Under the pieces are notes generated by a model that was not told where the DNA came from, made no database searches, and saw only the letters and a program-made list of their open reading frames with translations. From an uncultured Lentisphaeria bacterium (GTDB taxonomy: Bacteria; Verrucomicrobiota; Lentisphaeria; JABSQK01; JAJFLO01), in assembly GCA_951812855.1 (NCBI GenBank), contig OX638337.1:1710001-1742000 (forward strand): a stretch of DNA of 32,000 nt. The letters are read 5' to 3'. The translations under genes were made by a program, and so were the position numbers. This document shows positions 9,394 through 17,496 of the stretch, piece by piece (position 1 is the first letter of the stretch; each line of letters opens with the position of its first letter).

Positions 9394-10470
9394 ATGACGT
9401 TTAAGAAGGTGTTAACAGGTATTATTTGTATGTTTGTCGTTGTTGTTGGATATGCTCAGAATGACTGGAATTATTCTATTGGATTAAATTATCGGTCATT
9501 CAGTGATGTTGAGTATAAAGCGGTAACATTTACAAATCCCGTCTTTCCAGGTTCCCCGTATTTCAATGGAAGTGTTACCGATGAAAATAATGATGGAACG
9601 TTTGAAAACATAGTTGTGACTAATGCAGGTATTGGAGGCCAGTTGGGAGGGGGGCAAAATTTATACAAATTCGATGCTGAAACAGGCCGCATCGTTCAAA
9701 ATGGTGCAAACATTGATGAAATTATTAATGTGAATAACAGTGAGCATGCATTGGCATACTTAACCGCATCGTTTGATATCGTACGATTTTCCGGTGGGGA
9801 TACCAATGAATTTGATGAAGGGGTTGGGTATGTAATCGGTGCCAGTCGTCTTTATAAGGATTCAGGTGATTTTTACTGGAATTTTGAACTTTCTTTATCA
9901 ACGGCATTTTCACAAACAGATGAACGTTTAGCCGCTGATGTAACGTCAAGGGATGCATATGTTCTTCAGCCACCCCCCAGAGATCTCATGATCACTGACA
10001 ATAATGCGACAACCCTGGTTGTCGACATTGATGGTGAATTTAAGAAAAATGCCGGGGTTGGAATCCGAAGTGCAAACAGCTATTTGGTGGACTATGACAT
10101 GGATTTAAGTGTTTATACTGTTTCTGCAGGTTTAAGCACTTCCTTCGATGCGGATAAATTTAGGTTTAATCTTGGTGCAGGACCAAGTTTTACCATGTCT
10201 GATCTTGACGTTGAAGAAACTCAAACTGCAGTCGTAACTGCGGGCGATTTAAGTGGTCGTAATGTCGCGTCATCAAAGCGGGATGATGATTCAGTTGACT
10301 TTTCATTTGGTTTATACGCAAACGTGGGTGTCATGTTTGATATTAATGTGAACTGGGCATTTGCTGTAGAGTATCGTTATGACCTTGTATTTGACGATTC
10401 GTCAACAAATATTGCCGATGTGGATCTTGATGGAGAAAGTACTCAGCTCAAGTTAATTTACGCATTCTAA
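9394..10470 (+). CDS. Outer-membrane beta-barrel protein (~358 aa), family unassigned
   Basis: The likely start is ATG 9394, with aaaggga 6-12 nt upstream. The track ORF starts at an upstream TTG (9313). The signal peptide is MTFKKVLTGIICMFVVVVGYA|QND. Amphipathic alternating beta-strands are present (WNYSIGLNYRSF, FYWNFELSLSTAF, VYTVSAGLSTSF, FRFNLGAGPSFTM, FSFGLYANVGVMFDI, WAFAVEYRYDLVF). The C-terminal strand ...STQLKLIYAF ends in Phe, the classic BAM-dependent OMP signature. Confidence 0.8.
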   Translation: MTFKKVLTGIICMFVVVVGYAQNDWNYSIGLNYRSFSDVEYKAVTFTNPVFPGSPYFNGSVTDENNDGTFENIVVTNAGIGGQLGGGQNLYKFDAETGRIVQNGANIDEIINVNNSEHALAYLTASFDIVRFSGGDTNEFDEGVGYVIGASRLYKDSGDFYWNFELSLSTAFSQTDERLAADVTSRDAYVLQPPPRDLMITDNNATTLVVDIDGEFKKNAGVGIRSANSYLVDYDMDLSVYTVSAGLSTSFDADKFRFNLGAGPSFTMSDLDVEETQTAVVTAGDLSGRNVASSKRDDDSVDFSFGLYANVGVMFDINVNWAFAVEYRYDLVFDDSSTNIADVDLDGESTQLKLIYAF

Positions 10471-10988
10471 TTAAGTTAGTTCACTGTTTTCAAATCCTTT
10501 CATCAAGTTAACGTTTCGCAGGTAAATATGAAATGTTCCCGGCGAGGGTTGACCGTGTGCAGTGTCTATAAGGTTTGCAAGCTGATAAATTGTTGCCATT
10601 GATATTGGACTGTGGTTTTTGTAACTCGTTTATAATGATGCTAATCCTAAATTCTCCAGCTTAATCACTTCTATTCAAGTCCACACTGGTATTACTGTGC
10701 TGACTGACGTTGTTGAATATATAGTTCTATAATGGACGAATTCTCGCATTGTCTTATGCCCTAACAGAAATACCTCGAATTTCTTACGTTTTGTGTTTTC
10801 GTAACAACCTCTCTCCCCATGTTGTGGTTATTTTCTACTCTTTTCACCTTATTGGTCATTTTATTAAAAACACCGCAATAAATCATGAATTATTAAATTT
10901 GAATTCCCTATGTTGTGGTGGGGGATTGCAGTAATCTTAAATCGGATTTATACTATTTGGCAGGGTGATTCTCAGTGAAAATTAAATA

Positions 10989-13900
10989 ATGTCTGAGGTT
11001 AGAATCGCAACATTTTCACGTTTAATGATTGATATCATTTTCACTAAATTTTATAGTGATAAAATAAGTATCAGAGATATGCCTATGTTTCAAAAAACGA
11101 CAATGTCTTTTTTTTCGTTAATCATAATATTGTCTTCCAGTCATGCAGGCTCGTTATATATTGTATCCCAGTTTAAAAATTCAAGCGGAATACAGGCGGG
11201 TACAGAGGATAGCGGGTTTGTCAATAATTTAGGTACCAAATCTCCGATTATATCTCCGGTTTCAAATAGTGCTCATGTAGTATTCCTTTCAAGTGCCCCG
11301 GACTTTGATCATTTGGACGACGGCGGTGAAGATTCGGATGTATTCATTTCCTCATTGATCGGAAATTCCTTTCTTGCAAAATCACTTAGTCTGCGTGTTT
11401 CATTTAGTTCTGGTTTGGGACAGGCAAAATCAGTTGCATTCGGAGGAAGTCACTATGTAGAAGTGCGGGAGGATAAGTTAATCAACTCAGTTGGCAGACT
11501 TCTATTCTGGCGGGATATATCACAAACACAAAACGAATTAAATGAGATAGTAAGTAATTTAATTGATTTCAACAGAATTAGACTTTCAGATAATGGCCAA
11601 TATTTAGTTGCTGAAAATAAGGAATTTGCAACAGCTGAGATTTATCTGCGGGAGCTTTCTTCCACGGGGGCATTTACTTTGATAAGTGTAAAAAATAATA
11701 TTCCTGCCGGATCAGATCACCCAATGGCCGACAGTAATTTACCGGATGTTTCTGATTCTGGAAAACAGGTCGTTTTTGAATCTGCGGATAATGGGTTTGT
11801 CATGGATGATACGAATGGCGAAACGGACATATTTCTTTGGAATAATGGAACTGTTAAACGCATAAATAAACGGTATAAAGATCCAGGGAACGACAATAGT
11901 CTGGGACTTCAGACAGCGACTTCCTGCAATCAGCCTGTGATTTCCGGTGATGGCAAGTCAGTTTTTTTTGTTAGTGCAGATAATCTTATCGTTCCAAATG
12001 ACACCAATAATAAGAAGGATATCTTTCTTTACAATATTGTTACGGAATCCATCAATCGAATTAATTTATTTGATGGTATTTTTCAAGGCGATGATGATAG
12101 CGATGAACCGGATTGTGATGGTATAGGCCGAACTATTGTTTTTCGCTCAAAGTCGTCAAATTATCCGGGATCTGTACCGGGGAAATGGCAGATTTATTTA
12201 CTGGATACGGTAACAGGTAAGTTGGAATGTGTCTCTCTTGATACAAACGGTCTTGGTGCTGAATCAGATTGTTTCAGCCCGGCAATATCACCTAATGGAC
12301 GTTATATAACCTTTTCGTCAAACGCAGCGAATCTGACCGGTTCAGATAATAATGTGAATCAGGTGTTTCTTTATGATCGAAACGATAATAAACGACCGGT
12401 TGCAACATCAGCGTATATTTCGTGTCCTCACACTGGTGATTCCAGCACCGTTTGTGATGTTGTGTTGTCAGCACAGGATAATGAAACACCAACTGAAAAT
12501 TTAGAATACAGAATTACATCTCTACCCAGTTCAGGAGTGGTTAAAGACAGTTCCGGGGCGGATATTGATCTTAATACTTTATTTCGTCATTCACAATTGC
12601 CTCTGACCTTTCATCCTGCAGTTAATACATCCGGTATTATTTCGTTTTCATATCAGGTCTCCGATGGAGAATTGTGGTCTGAACCGGAAACCATATTTAT
12701 AAATGTTGCAAACTCTTTTCCCGGGCTGTTTTCGTCAGAAAACAGATCTGATGTATTACTGTCTGATGGGAATCAACTGGCGAATAAACCATCACCTGGT
12801 GGGGCGGACGCTCGGAAGGATAGTGTCAGTATTTCCGGTGATGGTCGATGGATAGCCTTTGCCAGTAAAGCAACGAATCTGACTATCGAGGGGAAAGGAG
12901 GTGTTTTTTTACGGGATACTGTTGAAAAAAGAACACATTTATTAAAGGAAATTGCTGTCACTGCAATACCTTTTCATTTTCCGACAATTTCACTTGACGG
13001 CAGTGCTGTAATTTTCGTTGATATCAATAATATGCAATTATTCTGGGTTCGGATTCGCGGTGATGGATCATTGGGCGTACCCAAAGTGATTTCTGTTAAT
13101 AATCCCTTTCATATATCCATTTCAGCGGATGGCAGACGCGTGGTTTTTGACACGTTTGATGCGTTGATTCCTGAACAGGACAGGGACAGAAATACCGGAA
13201 ACAAACCAGATCCTGAAATTGGCCGAGATGTTTATTTGTGGAAGCCGGCTACGAATGAAATTGTTCTGGTTAGTCAGGGGAAAGAAGTAACTGAGCAAAC
13301 CGCAAAGTCCTGCATCGATCCATTTATCAGTCCGGACGGAGAGCGGGTCGTGTTTTTAACGAAAGGCTCGTTCACTGGCGATGATGAACCTAATGCAAAA
13401 ACAGCGGTCTGGGTAAAGTATCTCACATCTGGAAACATCAAACAAATATCAGATTCTCAGGGGGATATGAGTTCACCAACATTATCATGGACAGGTAAAT
13501 TTTTGGCCTTCAGTGTTGCGAATAAGGCAAAGGTGTTAGATCTTACAAAACCAAAAGCGAATAATCTGGTCAGAGACTTTCAGGATGCAAGTCATCCTCA
13601 TATCAGTGCAGATGGCAGATATCTTTATCTTGCCAGTTCCAGTAACGCGTTTAGGTTGCCAGATAATTTATCACAACCGACAAGTGATGTGCAGCAGGCC
13701 TACCGTTATGATCTGTATACAAATGTTGCATCCCCTTTATCACTTGATGACGTAGGTAATTATGGAAATAAGAATTCATTTTTTGGCAGTTTATCTGAGG
13801 ACGGACAGTTTGCTGTATTTGTCAATAATTCCACAAATTTTTCTACGATTGACAATGGATTTACAAATACATTTCGTATGGGTCTGAGGCCTGTGAATAA

Positions 13901-15026
13901 CAGTAAACCGACGTTGACAGATTTTAATAAACCCGTTATTGAAGATACACCGACTGCCATCGGGCTCCCTGCTTCAGATACAGAAAATAATGATTTAAGA
14001 TATGAAATAATTTCCATGCCGGTAAATGGAGTATTGGGTGAGTTAAAGATGCCGGAATTGGAAGAAGGCGACCCGCACGTTACCTATATTCCTAAAGATA
14101 ATTTTTTCGGCACAGATACTCTGACATACCGGGTCAGAGATGCTGGAGGATATTCAAGTACTGCCTCTGTTACGATAAATGTGGAGTCTGCAGCGGACCC
14201 GCCGGTGCTCGCAGTTGATGATGTATGGATTTTCAAAGACAGTGCTGCTGGAAATATTACAAGGGACAAAATTAAGGTCAGTGATGTGGATTATATAAAT
14301 GGAATACCTGATGATAAAATTGAATTGAAGATCGAACAGTTGCCTGTAAATGGAGTTCTGAAATTTGGCAATAATAATCCAGTTCAGTTATCGGATTCAA
14401 TTTCATTATCAGACTTTCCTATTAGTTATACGCTTAATGATCCCGGCCAATCAGCAGATTTTATGATTGACAAAATTAAAATAAGTTCACGAGACCAGGG
14501 AGATCCTCCAGGACTTAAATCCGCTGCCGTAGAAATGACTGTGTTTACCGGTGCATTGACGCAGGCCATCAGCCTTGATAAAGGCTGGAATTTAATATCA
14601 TTTAGTCTTAAGCCATTGGTACGGTCACTGGAAACAATTGTGAAATGCAGTGATGGGTCTTCGTGTATAGTCGGGAAAGGATGGTATTGGGATAGTGGAG
14701 TAAAACAAATGAAAACAGTAGACTCTATAATACCGTATCAGGGGTATTGGATATATTCTCAAAAAAATGAATCTTTGGTTAATATTCCCAGCCGGCCTCT
14801 TGAACAACTGACAACGGATTTGTCAAAAGGTTGGAATCTGCTTGGACCAGCGGGTTCAGGAGGTGACAGAACGATAATGGAAATTCGTGACAAAATTGAA
14901 AGAATCGTCTGGGTTTGGAATACGGAAACACAATTGTTTACCGTCGCAGAAAGCCTTAAAGCAGGCACAGGATATTGGATGTATGCAAACGGAATGATAA
15001 CCGATCTTGATTTAACGTTGAAATGA
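10989..15026 (+). CDS. Large secreted PD40/TolB-type beta-propeller + cadherin-like repeat protein with duplicated C-terminal GWNL...GYW domain
   Basis: 4-kb ORF. The signal peptide MFQKTTMSFFSLIIILSSSHAGS suggests the true start is at 11079/11085 rather than 10989.
- **PD40 repeats:** about 13 units of the form S.DG+.+.F.S.A.NL...D.N...D+FL+, for example SGDGKSVFFVSADNLIVPNDTNNKKDIFLYN, SPNGRYITFSSNAANLTGSDNNVNQVFLYD and SADGRRVVFDTFDALIP. They fall in two blocks of ~6 and ~7.
- **Cadherin-like domains:** at ~12386-12715 and ~13895-14545 (EDTPTAIGLPASDTENNDLRYEIISMPVNGVL...YIPKDNFFGTDTLTYRVRDAGGYSS.ASVTINV).
- **C-terminus (14560-15026):** two copies of KGWNL(I/L)..//..G.GYW.Y. Confidence 0.9.
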   Translation: MSEVRIATFSRLMIDIIFTKFYSDKISIRDMPMFQKTTMSFFSLIIILSSSHAGSLYIVSQFKNSSGIQAGTEDSGFVNNLGTKSPIISPVSNSAHVVFLSSAPDFDHLDDGGEDSDVFISSLIGNSFLAKSLSLRVSFSSGLGQAKSVAFGGSHYVEVREDKLINSVGRLLFWRDISQTQNELNEIVSNLIDFNRIRLSDNGQYLVAENKEFATAEIYLRELSSTGAFTLISVKNNIPAGSDHPMADSNLPDVSDSGKQVVFESADNGFVMDDTNGETDIFLWNNGTVKRINKRYKDPGNDNSLGLQTATSCNQPVISGDGKSVFFVSADNLIVPNDTNNKKDIFLYNIVTESINRINLFDGIFQGDDDSDEPDCDGIGRTIVFRSKSSNYPGSVPGKWQIYLLDTVTGKLECVSLDTNGLGAESDCFSPAISPNGRYITFSSNAANLTGSDNNVNQVFLYDRNDNKRPVATSAYISCPHTGDSSTVCDVVLSAQDNETPTENLEYRITSLPSSGVVKDSSGADIDLNTLFRHSQLPLTFHPAVNTSGIISFSYQVSDGELWSEPETIFINVANSFPGLFSSENRSDVLLSDGNQLANKPSPGGADARKDSVSISGDGRWIAFASKATNLTIEGKGGVFLRDTVEKRTHLLKEIAVTAIPFHFPTISLDGSAVIFVDINNMQLFWVRIRGDGSLGVPKVISVNNPFHISISADGRRVVFDTFDALIPEQDRDRNTGNKPDPEIGRDVYLWKPATNEIVLVSQGKEVTEQTAKSCIDPFISPDGERVVFLTKGSFTGDDEPNAKTAVWVKYLTSGNIKQISDSQGDMSSPTLSWTGKFLAFSVANKAKVLDLTKPKANNLVRDFQDASHPHISADGRYLYLASSSNAFRLPDNLSQPTSDVQQAYRYDLYTNVASPLSLDDVGNYGNKNSFFGSLSEDGQFAVFVNNSTNFSTIDNGFTNTFRMGLRPVNNSKPTLTDFNKPVIEDTPTAIGLPASDTENNDLRYEIISMPVNGVLGELKMPELEEGDPHVTYIPKDNFFGTDTLTYRVRDAGGYSSTASVTINVESAADPPVLAVDDVWIFKDSAAGNITRDKIKVSDVDYINGIPDDKIELKIEQLPVNGVLKFGNNNPVQLSDSISLSDFPISYTLNDPGQSADFMIDKIKISSRDQGDPPGLKSAAVEMTVFTGALTQAISLDKGWNLISFSLKPLVRSLETIVKCSDGSSCIVGKGWYWDSGVKQMKTVDSIIPYQGYWIYSQKNESLVNIPSRPLEQLTTDLSKGWNLLGPAGSGGDRTIMEIRDKIERIVWVWNTETQLFTVAESLKAGTGYWMYANGMITDLDLTLK

Positions 15027-15063
15027 GAGTTGTTTTTCTGAGGATTCAAATTTTACTTTTTTG

Positions 15064-15120
15064 GAGTTTCGCCTTCAGGCGGGTACTTAGACGGAAAAAG
15101 CCAGGCTGAAGGAAAAACTC
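15064..15120. repeat. Imperfect inverted repeat (13/15 bp arms, 27-nt spacer) in the convergent gap between the PD40 gene and the MscS gene; possible terminator
   Basis: gagtttcgccttcag (15064-15078) pairs with ctgaaggaaaaactc (15106-15120). No canonical U-tract follows on either strand, so a terminator role is uncertain. Confidence 0.35.
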
Positions 15121-15267
15121 TAAACCCAGGCAATTCAACCCTAAATATACCGATGACAAAACAGCTGGCTTTTATAACGGGTCGGCTGTTAATTGTACGC
15201 TTTCTTTAATCGCAAAAAGGATGATCGATGAACATAAAAATAACCTTTTACGGGCAAGATGCCCATG

Positions 15268-16164
15268 CTACTGGTTTCCCGTTTCAGGCACCGCGGAGGA
15301 AACAGGTAAGGGAAGGGGTGAGCGAAGATTTAAATCTCTCTGAGGAAAGGGAATCTCAATATCATGATATCTGAATTTTTTTATAATAGCACAATGTAAA
15401 TCAGACCGAATATAATTATGCCGTTTCGGATTCGAGATCCAGGCTCGAATTCTCATATCCCAGGCAGAATCTCCAAATCCCATGTGCAGGACCTCATGCG
15501 GTGGTTTCTTCAGAACATCTTTACTTTCCTGAGCAACCTCATTTAAACATTGTAATACTGCATCAAGGTCCGAACTGTAAGAAACACCAACGTCAATATC
15601 AATCCGAATTTTTAATTCTCCATGTGACCAATTAATAACTTGAGCGGACATAAATTCAGAGTTAGGTACTATAATCGAAATATTATTCAGGGAACGAATA
15701 ATTGTTGAGCGTATATTTATTTCTATGACATCACCTTCAATTTCGCCGACAGTAACTCGGTCACCAACCCGGATTGGGCGTTCTACTAATAAAATTAAAC
15801 CGGAAATAAAGTTTAATGTCAGGTTCTGCAGACCAAATCCGATACCGACTGATAATGCACCAAAAATCACCATTAATCCACTTAGATCAATGCCGACAAA
15901 CTGAAAAGCGACAATACACCCCATTAACATTATGAGATAGTGGGTTACTCGTGTTAACGTAAAAGCAGTTCCTTCATCGAGTCTCAGACGTGTGAATATT
16001 TGGTTTAAAAATATGTTACGTGTCATTTTGGATATTAAAATAAAAATGACAATGACGATGATCAGCATGATCAGGGACGCAATTGTTACCGGCGTATCCT
16101 TGAGCTGGAAGAGTTGGAATTCAAGAATTCGATAAAACAGTCTTAAAATTTCGCCGACATTCAT
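15268..16164 (-). CDS. Small-conductance mechanosensitive channel (MscS family)
   Basis: 298 aa with three N-terminal TM helices. It carries the MscS pore/beta-domain signature ...GFGLQNLTLNFISGLILLVERPIRVGDRVTVGEIEGDVIEINIRSTIIRSLNNISIIVPNSEFMSAQVINWS. Confidence 0.92.
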   Translation of the reverse strand: MNVGEILRLFYRILEFQLFQLKDTPVTIASLIMLIIVIVIFILISKMTRNIFLNQIFTRLRLDEGTAFTLTRVTHYLIMLMGCIVAFQFVGIDLSGLMVIFGALSVGIGFGLQNLTLNFISGLILLVERPIRVGDRVTVGEIEGDVIEINIRSTIIRSLNNISIIVPNSEFMSAQVINWSHGELKIRIDIDVGVSYSSDLDAVLQCLNEVAQESKDVLKKPPHEVLHMGFGDSAWDMRIRAWISNPKRHNYIRSDLHCAIIKKFRYHDIEIPFPQRDLNLRSPLPLPVSSAVPETGNQ

Positions 16165-16562
16165 AATCGTTTCAATTCGTTTTTATTTTAAGGGTTTCGG
16201 TCGAGCATCAATACATTCATGAATCATTGATATCTTAAAAAGTAGACTTAAACATCTCTTTCCTGAAGCTAATTTCAAGCTTGACTCTAATTAAAATATA
16301 TCTTAATCATACTGATGTGGATGGTATGTTAGTCTATTGAAAGTCAGTGTACTGTGAATTTTTCATCGGGGAAATATAGTCATGGACAAATAAATCAGAA
16401 ACGCAGGAGTTGATTTTATGAAAAAAGGCAGTTTTTCGGAGTACGTATAGATATTGAATCAATTCAGCAAACGATATGAGCTGGATCAAGCGGCAGCATT
16501 GAGTTATGATTTTAGGAAACATTTACCAAACTTCAAATTTAAATTTGAAAAGGACATTAATT

Positions 16563-16856
16563 ATGGATTGGAATGAATTAAAGAATCATACAGTTAAAGT
16601 TTACAGCACGCCCTGGTGCGGTGATTGCCGGCGCCTAAAACAATTGTTTAGTGAAAAAGGGCTTGAGTTTTCAGAAATCGATATTGATGCAGACTCAGCT
16701 GCCGCAGAGTATCTATTTGGAAAAACTGGAAAAAAAGCAATCCCGTATATTGAAATAGATGACGATTGCATAATCAGAGGATGGCATGTTGAACTGTCGA
16801 GTCGCTGGGACGATCAGGTGTTTTTTGATGAAATAACTTCAGCGTTAAATAATTAA
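16563..16856 (+). CDS. Glutaredoxin-like thiol-disulfide oxidoreductase (CGDC active site)
   Basis: The likely start is ATG 16563, with aaagga upstream; the track ORF begins at 16506. VKVYSTPWCGDCRRLKQLFSEKGLEFSEIDID....A........G....IPYIEI is the glutaredoxin/NrdH/mycoredoxin-type thioredoxin fold with a W-C-x-x-C motif. Confidence 0.8.
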   Translation: MDWNELKNHTVKVYSTPWCGDCRRLKQLFSEKGLEFSEIDIDADSAAAEYLFGKTGKKAIPYIEIDDDCIIRGWHVELSSRWDDQVFFDEITSALNN

Positions 16857-16989
16857 TTAACTCAATACCCAAATTATATATGAATAAATACTTTCAGCAA
16901 TAAGATTTCATGGTGATGAAACGTAGTTGTAGGCTGGGAGTATTAAATTTTAAATGAGACTCTGGTAAATTACAGTATTCATAAAGGAT

Positions 16990-17018
16990 TTGACAAGGTA
17001 TCAGGACACGGATAAAAA
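16990..17018 (+). promoter_or_regulatory. Sigma70-like promoter candidate (TTGACA-17 nt-TAAAAA) in the 640-bp gap between the glutaredoxin gene and htpG
   Basis: ttgaca sits at 16990-16995, followed by a 17-nt spacer and taaaaa at 17013-17018. It points toward the 46-codon ORF at 17130. The call rests on sequence pattern only. Confidence 0.25.
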
Positions 17019-17129
17019 TATTTAGAATCTCAAGCTTTTAGTACACTGGGCGTTACCCGCAGGATTTTTTCTGTACTTTCAGCACTTCTATTTCTTAACC
17101 TGCGAAGTTGCTGCTGATAATTGTCCGCA

Positions 17130-17270
17130 ATGGATGCGAATGGACGTTTGAATTCTCCTGTCCTGGAAAGCCTGGATGATTCAGAACTCCAATTGCTCGA
17201 GAAGGAAGGGGATCAGTTAATTGAGATTCTAAATCAGTTAATTCTTAAATATGGTATAAGATGTTTGTAA
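17130..17270 (+). CDS. Possible small ORF (46 aa, MDANGRLNSPVLESLDDSELQLLEKEGDQLIEILNQLILKYGIRCL)
   Basis: An ATG..TAA ORF below the track's size cut-off, ~110 nt downstream of the promoter-like element. It has an acidic, helical-looking sequence, no convincing RBS and no recognisable family. It may be non-coding. Confidence 0.2.
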   Translation: MDANGRLNSPVLESLDDSELQLLEKEGDQLIEILNQLILKYGIRCL

Positions 17271-17496
17271 TAAGTCTGTTATGTTATATGCCGGCGATGT
17301 TTTTTGACCGTTATTTTAATAATTTATTAGTCTTTCCGGTCATTTTGATCGTTAAATTTTAGGAAAAACACAGTGCAAAGTCAATCGAAGGTTTCAAATC
17401 AACAGCAGTTTTTATGTCAGGGTCTGTCAGGATTTGTCTTAGTATTAATTGCCTATACTCTGAACATTATATGAATTCCCCGGGAGATTGATTACG

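Noticed and set aside
10749-10934. 61-aa ORF in the gap upstream of the PD40 gene, and a ~42-aa minus-strand ORF around 10470-10620.
   Set aside because: They show no RBS, no recognisable motif and a hydrophobic or odd composition typical of AT-rich non-coding sequence. I treat the region as a regulatory gap.
9489-14807. Antisense or nested ORFs within the barrel and PD40 genes (9489..9692, 9725..9973, 12292..12492, 12773..12961, 13760..14017, 14084..14269, 14625..14807, 14759..15049).
   Set aside because: For the same reason as above, they are nested in well-supported long ORFs and have no independent coding signal.
15252-15264. Small hairpin gggca-aga-tgccc immediately after the MscS stop, as a terminator.
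   Set aside because: The stem is only 5 bp and no adjacent U-tract is present on the minus strand. That is not convincing.
16334-16522. 62-aa minus-strand ORF between the MscS and glutaredoxin genes.
   Set aside because: It lies in the divergent promoter region and overlaps the spurious 5' extension of the glutaredoxin ORF. It has no RBS or motif.
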